56,758 nt of DNA from NCBI GenBank assembly GCA_014804975.1, contig JAAUYT010000021.1, positions 1-56,758 on the forward strand, written 5' to 3'. A program made the translations under genes and the position numbers. Positions 43,753-55,774 of this stretch are shown here, one piece after another. Position 1 is the first letter of the stretch; each line of letters opens with the position of its first letter. The stretch is from Clostridia bacterium (GTDB taxonomy: Bacteria > Bacillota > Clostridia > Christensenellales > Borkfalkiaceae). The notes beneath the pieces were generated by a model. The model did not search any database. It saw only the letters and a list, made by a program, of their open reading frames with translations, and was not told the origin of the DNA.

Positions 43753-43980
43753 ATGAAAAAGATCATCGAAACAGAAGGTATGTGCTGTAAAAAATGCGCG
43801 GAGCGTGCCGAAAAAAAGCTGTTACTTTCCGACGGCGTCTCGGGCGCGCGCGCCAATTATAAGAAGGGCGTTATTTTGGTGGAAACTTCGCTCTCCGACG
43901 AAGCGCTTACTTCGATCGTGACGGAGGCGGGGTTTTCGGTCAAGGAAGTGCGCGAGCGGAAGGGAATTTTCGCCCGCTGA
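43753..43980 (+). CDS. Heavy-metal-associated (HMA, CopZ-like) domain protein
   Basis: 75 aa. Ferredoxin-like HMA pattern with metal loop GMCCKKC. The internal ATG at 43753 lies downstream of the promoter. Confidence 0.7.
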   Translation: MKKIIETEGMCCKKCAERAEKKLLLSDGVSGARANYKKGVILVETSLSDEALTSIVTEAGFSVKEVRERKGIFAR

Positions 43981-44000
43981 AAATTTTTTCCGAAAAACGG

Positions 44001-44029
44001 TTGACAAGCGGTCGTATCGGGGTTATAAT
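44001..44029 (+). promoter_or_regulatory. Consensus sigma-70 promoter of the iscR-nifS-nifU operon
   Basis: TTGACA, exactly 17 nt, TATAAT. Confidence 0.6.
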
Positions 44030-44069
44030 AAATCATACCGATTCGGTAGGATATGGAAACGGTGCGGTT

Positions 44070-44465
44070 ATGAAGATTTCTTCGATGGGCAGATACGCGG
44101 TCAGAATTATGGTAGAGCTTGCAAAACACGGAGACGGGTTCCTCTCCGTTTCCGAGCTCTCGAAGACGCAGGACGCCTCCGCAAAGTACACCGAGAAAAT
44201 CATCTCTATGCTCTTGAAGGCGAATCTTATATTGAGCGTGCGCGGCGCGCAGGGCGGGTACCGTCTTGTAAGAGCGCCCGAAGAATACAGCGTTCGGGAA
44301 ATTTTGGCGGTGACGGGCGATCTTCCCAAGCTTGCGCCCTGTCTCGAAAGCGTGGGCTGCGAGCGAATGGGCAATTGTTCCAGCCTGAGCTGTTGGGAAA
44401 AGTTGGACGGTCTGATCACGGAATACTTACAGAGCGTGAAGCTTTCCGATTTGATTTCAAAATAA
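44070..44465 (+). CDS. iscR: Rrf2-family regulator, IscR-like
   Basis: MKISSMGRYAVRIMVELA N-terminal wHTH. Cys-x5-Cys-x5-Cys cluster-ligand spacing (CLESVGCERMGNC). Confidence 0.85.
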   Translation: MKISSMGRYAVRIMVELAKHGDGFLSVSELSKTQDASAKYTEKIISMLLKANLILSVRGAQGGYRLVRAPEEYSVREILAVTGDLPKLAPCLESVGCERMGNCSSLSCWEKLDGLITEYLQSVKLSDLISK

Positions 44466-44538
44466 TCACAAGGCGTTAAATGCCTTTTATTTTTGAGAAT
44501 AAATCCTACTTAACGGGTATGAATTGAAAGGAGAACGT

Positions 44539-45708
44539 ATGATATATTTAGACAATGCGGCTACGACCAGGCTCGATAAAAGCGTGCTCGATCAAATGCT
44601 GCCCTATCTTACGGAGGAGTACGGAAATCCTTCGGCGATCTATAAGCTTGCGAAGGTTCCGCATAAGGCGGTGGAAGAGGCAAGGGCAAAGGTTGCAAAA
44701 ATTTTGAATTGCGAGCCCGCCGAAATCTACTTTACCGCAAGCGGAAGCGAGAGCGACAACACCGCGATCAAGGGAATCGCAAGGCGGTACCGGAATAAGG
44801 GCAAGCATATTATCACTTCCAAAATCGAGCACCCCGCGGTACTGGAAACGTGCAGGGCGCTTGAACGGGAGGGCTTCGAGGTCACTTACGTTTCGGTGGA
44901 CGAAAACGGGATTCTTAATTTGAAAGAGCTCGAAAGCTCTATCAGAAAGGATACGATTTTGATTTCCGTCATGTTTGCGAACAACGAAATCGGAACGGTT
45001 CAACCCGTGAAGGAGATCGGGGAAATCGCAAAGAAGCACGGCGTGTTCTTCCACACGGACGCGGTGCAGGCAGTCGGAAGCGAAATCATCGACGTAAAGG
45101 CATTGGGGATCGACAGCCTGTCGCTCTCCGCGCATAAATTTTACGGCCCCAAAGGGGTGGGCGCCTTGTACGTAAAACAGGGCGTGCGCTTTGAACGGTT
45201 CGTCGACGGCGGGCATCAGGAAAAGGGGAGACGCGCGGGCACGGAGAACGTTGCGGGCATCGTTGGGCTTGCGGCGGCAATGGAGCTTGCCTACGCAGGG
45301 CTTAAAGAAAAGAACGACAGAGTGCGCGCTCTTCGCGATTACTACGAAGCGGAAATCGAAAAGCGTATTCCCTATATCAAGAGGAACGGCGATACAAAGA
45401 GGCGGCTTGCGGGGACGAGCAATATTTCGTTCGAGTTTATCGAGGGCGAGGGACTTCTTCTCAATCTCGACTTGAAGGGAATTTGCGCTTCGAGCGGAAG
45501 CGCCTGCACCTCGGGTTCGCTCGACCCTTCGCACGTATTGCTTGCAATCGGCTTAAAGCACGAGATCGCGCACGGGTCGCTTCGAATTTCGATCGGCAAA
45601 TACAACACCAAAGAGGAAATCGACTTTCTCATTGAAAGCTTAGTGGAAATCGTTCAAAGGCTTCGGGATATGTCGCCCTTATACGAAAAATTTATAGGAG
45701 AAAATTAA
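44539..45708 (+). CDS. nifS: Cysteine desulfurase (NifS/IscS type)
   Basis: IYLDNAATT, SAHKFYGPKG (PLP Lys), SSGSACTS (active Cys loop). AAAGGAG RBS. Confidence 0.93.
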   Translation: MIYLDNAATTRLDKSVLDQMLPYLTEEYGNPSAIYKLAKVPHKAVEEARAKVAKILNCEPAEIYFTASGSESDNTAIKGIARRYRNKGKHIITSKIEHPAVLETCRALEREGFEVTYVSVDENGILNLKELESSIRKDTILISVMFANNEIGTVQPVKEIGEIAKKHGVFFHTDAVQAVGSEIIDVKALGIDSLSLSAHKFYGPKGVGALYVKQGVRFERFVDGGHQEKGRRAGTENVAGIVGLAAAMELAYAGLKEKNDRVRALRDYYEAEIEKRIPYIKRNGDTKRRLAGTSNISFEFIEGEGLLLNLDLKGICASSGSACTSGSLDPSHVLLAIGLKHEIAHGSLRISIGKYNTKEEIDFLIESLVEIVQRLRDMSPLYEKFIGEN

Positions 45709-45709
45709 A

Positions 45710-46150
45710 ATGGATTATTCGGAAAAAGTCATTGACCACTACACGAGCCCGCGGAACGTCGGGAAGATAGAGGACGCTTCGGGCGTGGGAGAAGTGGGCA
45801 ACCCCGTTTGTGGGGACATTATGAAAATGTATCTCAAAATCGAAAACGACGTGATCGTGGACGTGAAATTCAAGACGTTCGGCTGCGGCGCCGCCATTGC
45901 AACGAGCAGTATTTCTACGGAAATGATCAAGGGCAAGACGGTGGAAGAGGCGTTAAAGCTCAAAAACAGCGACGTCGTCGAGGCTTTGGACGGACTTCCG
46001 CCCGTAAAAATTCACTGTTCGCTTTTGGCGGAAGAAGCCATTCACGAGGCAATTGCCGACTATTACAGAAAGCAGGGAAAGATGACGGAAGAGGAGATCG
46101 TTAAAAAGTGCGATCTTCACCCGCACGACTGCGAACACTGCCATCACTAA
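45710..46150 (+). CDS. nifU: Fe-S cluster scaffold NifU/IscU with a Cys/His-rich tail
   Basis: GNPVCGD, FGCGAAIA, HCSLLA motifs. C-terminal KCDLHPHDCEHCHH. Confidence 0.9.
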   Translation: MDYSEKVIDHYTSPRNVGKIEDASGVGEVGNPVCGDIMKMYLKIENDVIVDVKFKTFGCGAAIATSSISTEMIKGKTVEEALKLKNSDVVEALDGLPPVKIHCSLLAEEAIHEAIADYYRKQGKMTEEEIVKKCDLHPHDCEHCHH

Positions 46151-46153
46151 ACG

Positions 46154-46193
46154 AAAACCGCCCGCGGCGTAACGCCGCGGGCGGTAAATTTTT
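46154..46193. terminator. Bidirectional terminator between nifU and the convergent GDPD gene
   Basis: 12-bp GC stem ccgcccgcggcg / cgccgcgggcgg, flanking A- and T-runs. Confidence 0.8.
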
Positions 46194-46201
46194 AAATAAA
46201 A

Positions 46202-46948
46202 TTATTCGGGTATTTTGGGCATATAGCCTTCAAAGATAATATTGTTTGCGTACTTTCTTGCAATCGCTTCTTCTTCGGGCGAACGCACCGTCCAGCCGAG
46301 CTTGGGACCCGTATATTTTACAGTTGCCTTGTTCGGATAGTCCGTAAAGTGGTAGCTGATAAAATCGGGCTTCACGCTCTTGTTAAAGCTCATGTTCTTG
46401 ACTGCGCGCGCTTTGATTTTCCAAATAGGCGAGTTGCCAAAATCTTTCTTCGTCGAGTCCGCCGTCGCAAGGATTCCCGCGGGAATATCGGAGCGGAGCT
46501 TTTTATATTCCTTAATATAGAAGGGGGAAAAGCTCTGAACGGCGTATTCGCCCTTATAATCTTTGAGCTCTTCGCAAAAGAGCGAAATAAAGTCCTTCGT
46601 GTTTACGTTGGGCATATTTTTAAGCTCGATCAAAAGGGGCACCTGACCGTTTACTTCGTTTAAGAAATCGGTAAAGAGGGGAATGCGCTCCTGACTTCCC
46701 GAAAGGCGCAAGAGGGATAAATCTTCGAAGGAACAGTCCTTTACGAGCAAATTTGCGCCCGTCACTCTTTCAAGGGAGTCGTCGTGAAAGACGACGATCT
46801 TTCCGTCCTTCGTTAGACGCACGTCCATTTCAATCGGGAAACCGCATACGATCGCCGCTTGGAACGCCGAAATACTGTTTTCGGGATTGTTTTCATCATG
46901 CAGACCGCGGTGCGCGATCGGCTTTTTGAGGATAAAATCGAGTTCCAT
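46202..46948 (-). CDS. Glycerophosphodiester phosphodiesterase
   Basis: IAHRGLHDENNPENS, PIEMDVRLTKDG, VVFHDD motifs. Confidence 0.85.
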   Translation of the reverse strand: MELDFILKKPIAHRGLHDENNPENSISAFQAAIVCGFPIEMDVRLTKDGKIVVFHDDSLERVTGANLLVKDCSFEDLSLLRLSGSQERIPLFTDFLNEVNGQVPLLIELKNMPNVNTKDFISLFCEELKDYKGEYAVQSFSPFYIKEYKKLRSDIPAGILATADSTKKDFGNSPIWKIKARAVKNMSFNKSVKPDFISYHFTDYPNKATVKYTGPKLGWTVRSPEEEAIARKYANNIIFEGYMPKIPE

Positions 46949-46989
46949 AGTTTTATTTTAGCAAATTTTACCGAAAAATGCAATAGTTG

Positions 46990-47018
46990 TTGCAAAAATT
47001 CCCGATATTTATTATAAT
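46990..47018 (+). promoter_or_regulatory. Sigma-70-type promoter of lepA
   Basis: TTGCAA, 17-nt spacer, TATAAT. Confidence 0.5.
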
Positions 47019-47076
47019 AGCGTTACGCAATTTTTAGTTGGACTTTTTTAAGTTCGGTTTTCTTTACGGAGAAATT

Positions 47077-48888
47077 ATGGCAAAACCCAATCAAAATATC
47101 CGCAACTTCTGTATTATCGCGCATATCGACCACGGCAAGAGCACCATTGCAGACCGCATTATGGAGCTTACGGGGCAGGTGAGTAAGCGGGATATGGAAG
47201 ATCAGCTTCTCGACAGTATGGATATCGAGCGCGAGCGTGGCATTACCATTAAGCTCACGCCCGTGAGAATGTTCTATACCGCCCTCGACGGCAACGAGTA
47301 CGTTTTTAACTTGATCGATACGCCGGGGCACGTTGACTTTACCTACGAAGTCAGCCGTTCGCTCGCCGCGTGCGAGGGGGCTATTTTGGTGGTGGACGCC
47401 ACGCAGGGAATCGAAGCGCAGACGCTTGCAAACGTCTACCTTGCCCTTGACAACGATTTGGAAATCGTTCCCACGATCAATAAAATCGATTTGCAGTCCG
47501 CCCGTATTGACGAAACGAAAAAGGAAATCGAAGAAGTGATCGGGCTGGATACGGAGGGCTGTCCCTGCGTTTCCGCAAAAGAGGGCACGAATATCCGCGA
47601 TATTCTGGAGGCGGTCGTAAAGTCCGTTCCTCCCCCTAAGGGCGATACCGAAGCGCCTCTCTCCGCGCTTATCTTCGACAGCTATTACGATAACTATAAG
47701 GGCGTTATCCTCTTCGTGCGCGTCATGGACGGAAGCGTGAAGGTAGGGGATAAGATTAAGACCTTCCTTTCCGACAAGGTGTACGAGGTGACGGAAGTCG
47801 GCGTGTTCGCACCCCACCTGCAACCCACGGATTCCCTTTCTGCGGGGGACGTCGGCTACGTTGCGGCAAGCATTAAATCCATTCAGGACGTTGCCGTGGG
47901 CGATACGCTTACGAACGCTGAACGGCCCGCTTTAACGCCGCTTCCCGGCTATAAAAAGGTTCAGCCCGTCGTGTTCTGCGGAATCTTCCCCCTGGACGGA
48001 AGCAAGTTTCAGGATTTACGCGACGCCATTCAAAAGTTAAAATTAAACGACGCGGCGCTCACCTTCGAGCCCGATAATTCCGCGGCGCTCGGCTTCGGGT
48101 TCCGCTGCGGCTTTTTGGGGCTTTTGCACATGGAAATCATGCAGGAGCGGATCGAGCGGGAATTCAACCTTGAAATTATTACGACCGCACCCTCCGTTTC
48201 CTACCTCGTGCACAAGACGGACGGCGAAGAGTTTTACGTGGACAACCCTTCGCACCTGCCGCCCGCTTCGGATATCGACTATATGGAAGAGCCCGTCGTC
48301 AAGGCAGAAATTTTCACCCCGCCCGACTATTTGGGACCCATCATGGATTTGTGCCGCGACAAGCGGGGCGTGTTCGGCGATATGACCTATCTCGACCCGC
48401 GCAGAGTGAAATTAAACTACCGCTTGCCCCTCAACGAAATTGTGTACGACTTTTTCGACGAACTCAAAAGCCGCACGCGCGGATACGCAAGCTTCGACTA
48501 CGAGCTCGCGGGATATGAAAAGAGCAAGCTCGTCAAGCTCGATATTCTCTTAAACGGGGAAGTGTGCGACGCGCTCTCGATGATCGTGCACGAGGATCAC
48601 GCCTATTCGCGCGGCAGAACGCTTTGCGAAAATTTGAAAGACGCGATTCCCCGTCAGCTCTTTGAAATTCCCGTACAGGCGGCTGTGGGCGGAAAGATCA
48701 TTGCCCGCGAAACGGTCAAGGCGGTTCGTAAAGACGTGCTTGCCAAGTGCTACGGCGGCGATATTACGCGTAAGAAGAAGCTCCTCGAAAAGCAGAAAGA
48801 GGGTAAAAAACGTATGCGCCGTATCGGTACGGTGGAAGTGCCTAGCGAAGTGTTTATGGAAATTCTCAAAACGAATAAGGATAAGTAA
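47077..48888 (+). CDS. lepA: Translation elongation factor 4
   Basis: [26 protein letters not shown]. LepA-specific C-terminal domain. GGAG RBS before the ATG at 47077. Confidence 0.95.
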   Translation: MAKPNQNIRNFCIIAHIDHGKSTIADRIMELTGQVSKRDMEDQLLDSMDIERERGITIKLTPVRMFYTALDGNEYVFNLIDTPGHVDFTYEVSRSLAACEGAILVVDATQGIEAQTLANVYLALDNDLEIVPTINKIDLQSARIDETKKEIEEVIGLDTEGCPCVSAKEGTNIRDILEAVVKSVPPPKGDTEAPLSALIFDSYYDNYKGVILFVRVMDGSVKVGDKIKTFLSDKVYEVTEVGVFAPHLQPTDSLSAGDVGYVAASIKSIQDVAVGDTLTNAERPALTPLPGYKKVQPVVFCGIFPLDGSKFQDLRDAIQKLKLNDAALTFEPDNSAALGFGFRCGFLGLLHMEIMQERIEREFNLEIITTAPSVSYLVHKTDGEEFYVDNPSHLPPASDIDYMEEPVVKAEIFTPPDYLGPIMDLCRDKRGVFGDMTYLDPRRVKLNYRLPLNEIVYDFFDELKSRTRGYASFDYELAGYEKSKLVKLDILLNGEVCDALSMIVHEDHAYSRGRTLCENLKDAIPRQLFEIPVQAAVGGKIIARETVKAVRKDVLAKCYGGDITRKKKLLEKQKEGKKRMRRIGTVEVPSEVFMEILKTNKDK

Positions 48889-49193
48889 TGGCAGAATTTG
48901 CTGATAAGGTTTACGAATACCTCAAAACCGTGCCCAAGGGCAAGGTAGTGACCTACGGCATGATTGCCTGGGCAATCGGGCACCCGCGCGCTAGCCGTCA
49001 GGTGGGGAACGCGTTGCACCATAACCCGTATCCCGTTGTCGTGCCCTGTCATAGGGTCGTCAACCGCGAGGGAAGGCTTGCGCCCGAATTCGCGTTCGGC
49101 GGATGGGAGATGCAGGCTTCGCTTTTGCGCGCCGAGGGCGTGGAAGTAAACGACGGATACGTAGACTTAAATCAATATCTTTGGAGAGAATAA
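48888..49193 (+). CDS. MGMT-family protein (single O6-alkylguanine-DNA alkyltransferase DNA-binding/active-site domain)
   Basis: 101 aa with VPCHRVV active-site motif. TAATG overlaps at both ends. Confidence 0.8.
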   Translation: MAEFADKVYEYLKTVPKGKVVTYGMIAWAIGHPRASRQVGNALHHNPYPVVVPCHRVVNREGRLAPEFAFGGWEMQASLLRAEGVEVNDGYVDLNQYLWRE

Positions 49194-50305
49194 TGGCGGG
49201 AATCTATTTACATATTCCGTTCTGCAAACAGAAATGCACCTATTGCGATTTCGCTTCCTTTCCCGATAAGCTCAGCTTTGCGGAATCGTATATGGCTTGT
49301 CTTTATAAGGAAATCGAAATGCGCAGTAAGGAGCTCAAAGACTACGTGTTCGATACCGTGTATATCGGCGGCGGCACGCCCTCGGTGATAGACCCCAAAT
49401 ATATCTACGGCGCCATGAAGCAGATCACTAAGCTTCTGCGTCTTAGTAAAAACCCCGAAGTGACGATCGAGATGAACCCCGGCACGGTCAGCGAAAGCAA
49501 GCTCAAAACGTATTCGAGCGCAGGAATCAACCGCTATTCGGTGGGACTTCAAACGGCAATCGACGAGCAGCTCGAAAACTTAAACCGCATTCACACGGTG
49601 CGCGAATTCATGACCTGCGCTGGGCTTCTGAAAGGCAGAAATTTTTCGGTGGACGTCATGCTCGGAATCAAGGGGCAGACGAAGGACGACGTTAAAAAGA
49701 CCATAGAACTTGCCGCGGGCGTGGGGGCAAAGCATATCTCCATGTACGCGTTGACGCCCGAGGACGGCACGCCCATTTATACCGACTATCTCAACGGCGA
49801 GCTTCCCGACGGGGACGAAGTGCGTTCGCTCTACGACTTCGGTTACGCACTCTTAAAGGAAAAGGGCTACGAGCGCTACGAAGTGAGCAATTTTGCGAAG
49901 AAGGGCTACGAGAGTAAACACAACCTCAACTATTGGAAGAGGGGAGAATATATCGGCTTCGGCGTTTCGGCAAGCTCCTTCATGTGCGGAAAGCGCTTTA
50001 CGAATACCTTCAATTTGGACGAATATATCAAGTGTATTCTTTCGGGCTTCCTCCCCGTCATCGAGAGCGAGACGGTGGAAAAGGAGGACGCGAAGTTCGA
50101 ATTCGTCATGCTTGCTTTAAGAACGGCAAAGGGCATTTCGGCGGCGGAATATAAAAAAGCGTTCGGGAGCGATTGGAAAGAGGACTTTGCGGAAGCGTAT
50201 AAAAAGACTTCTTCCTATTTGGAGGAGGACGGAGACTATACTCATATCAAAGAGGAATACCTCTACGTACAGAATCAAATTTTAACGGAGTACATGAAGA
50301 GCTGA
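49193..50305 (+). CDS. hemW: Radical-SAM HemW/HemN-like protein (heme chaperone / oxygen-independent coproporphyrinogen oxidase family)
   Basis: MAGIYLHIPFCKQKCTYCDF (CxxxCxxC). HemN_C-like C-terminus. Conserved lepA neighbourhood. Confidence 0.88.
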   Translation: MAGIYLHIPFCKQKCTYCDFASFPDKLSFAESYMACLYKEIEMRSKELKDYVFDTVYIGGGTPSVIDPKYIYGAMKQITKLLRLSKNPEVTIEMNPGTVSESKLKTYSSAGINRYSVGLQTAIDEQLENLNRIHTVREFMTCAGLLKGRNFSVDVMLGIKGQTKDDVKKTIELAAGVGAKHISMYALTPEDGTPIYTDYLNGELPDGDEVRSLYDFGYALLKEKGYERYEVSNFAKKGYESKHNLNYWKRGEYIGFGVSASSFMCGKRFTNTFNLDEYIKCILSGFLPVIESETVEKEDAKFEFVMLALRTAKGISAAEYKKAFGSDWKEDFAEAYKKTSSYLEEDGDYTHIKEEYLYVQNQILTEYMKS

Positions 50306-50336
50306 AAAAAGCCGAGCGCAAAACGCTCGGCTTTTT
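50305..50336. terminator. Bidirectional terminator between hemW and a convergent gene
   Basis: gccgagcg / cgctcggc stem with A6 upstream and T5 downstream. Confidence 0.75.
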
Positions 50337-50338
50337 CA

Positions 50339-51241
50339 TCACCATAGTTTTTCGGGGTCGAAGCCGTAGACCTGAACGACTTCGAAAAGAGGGGAGCGGG
50401 CAATGTCCCGCGGCGTTACGACGCGCCCGCCGTTCGAATCGATATCGTAACCAAAGTTCTTGTACGCCTGCCAAACGAGGTGGGAGCAGTGCGTAACTTT
50501 TGGCGAAGTTCCCTGATCCTTTTTGGAAAATATGCCCGTTGCAAGCGAGTAGGGAATTCCTTTGAGTTTTTCTCTCGCTTCGCGTGCGATTCGGGCGCGC
50601 AAATCTTTATCGGCAACTTCGCCCGTATTCAGATCTTTCAGCCGCAGAATGATAAAGTTCGAGGACTCGGCAAACCACTTGTGCCCGTTCGTCGTTACGG
50701 AGCTGTCTCTTCCAAGCTCGAAGGACTCCAATACCGTTCCGTCCTCGTCGAGTACGATTGCGGCGTGTCCGTTCCGAAAACCCAAGGTATGCGTGGAGGA
50801 ATTGACGAAAATATCGCCCTCCTCCAAGGGTGCGATGGGCGCCAAAAATTCCTTCATCAAGTCGCGTTTCGATACGTCGGCGACGAGCTCGTGCTCCGTT
50901 TCACCCTCGTAATAGAGTGCGTCCTGAAAAACTTTTAAGCGGCTCGAAAGGGGAACGAATTCGTCGTTTTCATATACGATTTCGCTCTTCATGGTCAAAA
51001 GAGCGCTCTTGCCGAGCCCCGTCTGTCGGTAGAGAAAGTCGATCTCTTCGTCCGTCCACGTTCCCGACTTGTCGGCAATTTCGGTGATATCCTCTTTTTG
51101 ATAGGAGGGCGTTGTATGCGCGGTGCGTTCGCAGACGGCGTCCGCAATGAGACAGGCAATGATGAGGGCAGCCGAAAAGACGAGCACTCCCAAGAGCACC
51201 GACAAAAAACGGTATAATCTTTTTGCACCTTTCTCCATCAC
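50339..51241 (-). CDS. Membrane-anchored permuted papain-like (YiiX/C92, NlpC/P60-clan) putative amidase
   Basis: N-terminal TM (FLSVLLGVLVFSAALIIACLI). His block NGHAAIVLDEDG precedes Cys block THCSHLVWQAYKNFG, the permuted order typical of the YiiX family. Confidence 0.45.
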   Translation of the reverse strand: MMEKGAKRLYRFLSVLLGVLVFSAALIIACLIADAVCERTAHTTPSYQKEDITEIADKSGTWTDEEIDFLYRQTGLGKSALLTMKSEIVYENDEFVPLSSRLKVFQDALYYEGETEHELVADVSKRDLMKEFLAPIAPLEEGDIFVNSSTHTLGFRNGHAAIVLDEDGTVLESFELGRDSSVTTNGHKWFAESSNFIILRLKDLNTGEVADKDLRARIAREAREKLKGIPYSLATGIFSKKDQGTSPKVTHCSHLVWQAYKNFGYDIDSNGGRVVTPRDIARSPLFEVVQVYGFDPEKLW

Positions 51242-51285
51242 GGGCTATTATAGCCCGTTTCGCAGAATAAGTCAAATTATTATCG

Positions 51286-51927
51286 TTATTCGTGTCTTGC
51301 GAGCACTTCTCCGCTCTCGCTGTCGAGCAGCAGGGAAATCATATTTCCGTCCGTATCGACGATCCCCACGTAATAATAATTCTTGTCGCGCCGCAAGAGT
51401 CGCACGTAAAATTCGCCCTTAAAGCTTCCGCTTGCGCTCAACCTTTCCAGCGTCGCTTTTTCATTGCTCAACGCGTGGGACAGCGCCTTTTCGGGGGAGA
51501 GGGTGTTTTCCGTCTTTACGGAAGTTGCGACGATTTCGCGGCTCGTATCCTCCCATTCCACGCGGAGCGTGACGCTCTCCTTTGGAAAGGACTTTACGCT
51601 CTGCGAAAAGTAGAAGTCACCGCGCGTGTTGCGGAAGGACATTTCGCCGCCGATCTGTTCGTTGCCCAAGAGGTATACGCTGTATTCGTCGGCTTCGCCT
51701 TCGAGCGTGATTTCCACGACGTCGGTGAGGGTGGCTTTGATTCCGTCGTTATTGTAGGGGTGCTCGCGCGTGATGCAGGCAACGGTCACGGAGAATTCTT
51801 CTTCGCTCGCCGTGAACAGGTCGGAGCGGAGTTCCGAAACGTAGGAAAAGTAGTCGGGGCTTTGTTTGCAGGAGGCAAGAAGCGGAACGAGTCCCGTCAA
51901 AAGTAGTAAAAAAGAAAATTTTTTCAT
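51286..51927 (-). CDS. Lipoprotein of unknown function with a PepSY-like C-terminus
   Basis: Signal/lipobox MKKFSFLLLLTGLVPLLASC. C-terminus YYYVGIVDTDGNMISLLLDSESGEVL resembles a PepSY fold motif. Confidence 0.5.
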   Translation of the reverse strand: MKKFSFLLLLTGLVPLLASCKQSPDYFSYVSELRSDLFTASEEEFSVTVACITREHPYNNDGIKATLTDVVEITLEGEADEYSVYLLGNEQIGGEMSFRNTRGDFYFSQSVKSFPKESVTLRVEWEDTSREIVATSVKTENTLSPEKALSHALSNEKATLERLSASGSFKGEFYVRLLRRDKNYYYVGIVDTDGNMISLLLDSESGEVLARHE

Positions 51928-52056
51928 GCTATACTCTATGAAATTTCCGTTTGCGTCATGACTTTTTTCTTTAAACGGTTGCTTTTTTGAAAAGTCTGTG
52001 ATAAAATAGATAAAATATCCGAATAGTCGGTATCTGAAAGCTATATATTGTTACGT

Positions 52057-54148
<2,092 letters not shown>

Positions 54149-54155
54149 ACTTACG

Positions 54156-54177
54156 AAACGCCCTTATCGGGCGTTTT
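54156..54177 (+). terminator. Weak hairpin between guaB and guaA (possible partial terminator)
   Basis: aaacgccc / gggcgttt stem with ttatc loop, then TTG TG (poor T-run). Confidence 0.35.
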
Positions 54178-54201
54178 GTGATTGATTACGGAGAATTAAA
54201 T

Positions 54202-55737
54202 ATGAATCACGAAAGAGTGCTCGTTCTCGACTTCGGGGGACAGTACAACCAACTCATTGCCCGCCGCGTGCGCGATCTCGGCGTCTACTGCGAATTGAAG
54301 CCCTGCTCCATGACCGTTGCGGAAATCAAGAAATTTGCACCGATCGGCATTATCTTTACGGGCGGACCCAACAGCGTATACGACGAGCATTCGCCGCATA
54401 TCTCAAAAGAGGTTTTCGATTTGGGAATCCCCGTTTTGGGAATCTGCTACGGCGCACAACTGATTGCCCATACTTTGGGCGGCAAGGTGGAGCACGCCGA
54501 AAAAGCGGAGTACGGCAAGCGCGAATTTTCCTTTGTGAAGGAGAGCCTTCTTTCGGAGGGCATTCCCGAAACGAGCGTGTGCTGGATGAGCCATACCGAT
54601 TTGGTCAGCGAAATTCCCGCAGGCTTCGAGGTGCTTGCAAGCACGCCGACCTGTCCCGTCACGATGTTCGGAAACGAGGATAAGCGCGTATACGGCGTTC
54701 AGTTCCACCCCGAAGTGGTGCATTCCGAATACGGGAACGATCTTTTGAAAAACTTCCTCTACCGCGTGTGCCACGCCGCAGGGGATTGGACGATGAAAAA
54801 CTTCGTCGAGGAGCAGGTCGCGCTTTTAAAAGAAAAGCTCGGCGATAAAAAAGTGCTCTGCGCCATGTCGGGCGGGGTGGACTCCGCCGTTGCGGCAACG
54901 CTCGTGCATAAGGCTGTCGGCGAGAATCTTCTCTGCGTATTCGTCGATCACGGCTTGCTTAGAAAGGGCGAGGCGGAAGAGGTCGTCAACGTATTCAAAT
55001 ACGGACTGAAAATGAACCTCATAAAAGTGGACGCAAGCGAGCTCTTTCTGCAAAAGCTCAAAGGCGTCGGCGATCCCGAAAAGAAGCGCAAGATCATCGG
55101 CAATCTGTTTATCAAGGTATTCGAAGAAGAGGCGGAAAAAATCGGTGCGGTCGATTTCCTCGTGCAGGGCACCATCTATCCCGACGTCATCGAAAGCGGC
55201 AAAGATAAGAGCGACGTCATCAAGAGCCACCACAACGTGGGCGGACTTCCGTCGGTGATTGATTTTAAGGAAATCGTAGAGCCCCTGCGCGATCTCTTTA
55301 AGGACGAAGTGCGTAAGGTCGGCTCGGAATTAGGGCTCCCCGATTCTATCGTATACCGTCAGCCCTTCCCGGGGCCCGGACTTGCGATTCGCATCATGGG
55401 CGAGATCACGAAAGAAAAACTCATCACCTTGCGCGACGCAGATTATATCTTCCGCGAAGAAATCTCAAAGGCGGGGCTTTCCCGCGAGATATGGCAGTAT
55501 TTTGCGGTGCTCACCAACTGCAAGACGGTGGGGGTGCAGGGCGACGCAAGAACATACGAAAACGTGATCGCGCTCCGCGCTGTGACGAGCGTAGACGCCA
55601 TGACGGCGGACTGGGCACGCATTCCCTACGACGTGCTCGAAAAGATATCCACCCGCATTACGAACGAAGTCAAGCACGCCAATAAAATCGTTTACGATAT
55701 CACGAGCAAACCCCCTTCAACGATAGAGTGGGAGTAA
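54202..55737 (+). CDS. guaA: GMP synthase (glutamine-hydrolysing), full length
   Basis: GATase domain (LGICYGAQL Cys, FHPEV His), PP-loop SGGVDSAV, C-terminal dimerisation domain ending IEWE. Confidence 0.96.
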   Translation: MNHERVLVLDFGGQYNQLIARRVRDLGVYCELKPCSMTVAEIKKFAPIGIIFTGGPNSVYDEHSPHISKEVFDLGIPVLGICYGAQLIAHTLGGKVEHAEKAEYGKREFSFVKESLLSEGIPETSVCWMSHTDLVSEIPAGFEVLASTPTCPVTMFGNEDKRVYGVQFHPEVVHSEYGNDLLKNFLYRVCHAAGDWTMKNFVEEQVALLKEKLGDKKVLCAMSGGVDSAVAATLVHKAVGENLLCVFVDHGLLRKGEAEEVVNVFKYGLKMNLIKVDASELFLQKLKGVGDPEKKRKIIGNLFIKVFEEEAEKIGAVDFLVQGTIYPDVIESGKDKSDVIKSHHNVGGLPSVIDFKEIVEPLRDLFKDEVRKVGSELGLPDSIVYRQPFPGPGLAIRIMGEITKEKLITLRDADYIFREEISKAGLSREIWQYFAVLTNCKTVGVQGDARTYENVIALRAVTSVDAMTADWARIPYDVLEKISTRITNEVKHANKIVYDITSKPPSTIEWE

Positions 55738-55774
55738 GCGATTCAAATAAAAATCATTTTTACGGAGGATATAT

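Noticed and set aside
49103-49192. N-terminal extension of the hemW ORF. The same issue applies to the extensions at 4537, 8573, 34129, 43687, 44001, 44524, 47038 and 54178.
   Set aside because: The extensions run through terminators, promoters or upstream genes and lack an RBS. Internal ATGs with SD sequences match the conserved N-termini of the families.
51928-52056. Possible purine/guanine riboswitch upstream of the guaB-containing transcript. The regions upstream of ade (34113-34164) and guaA (54149-54201) were also considered.
   Set aside because: The regions are too short. They lack the conserved three-way junction and the loop-loop motifs of purine riboswitches. Only promoter-like and terminator-like elements are visible.
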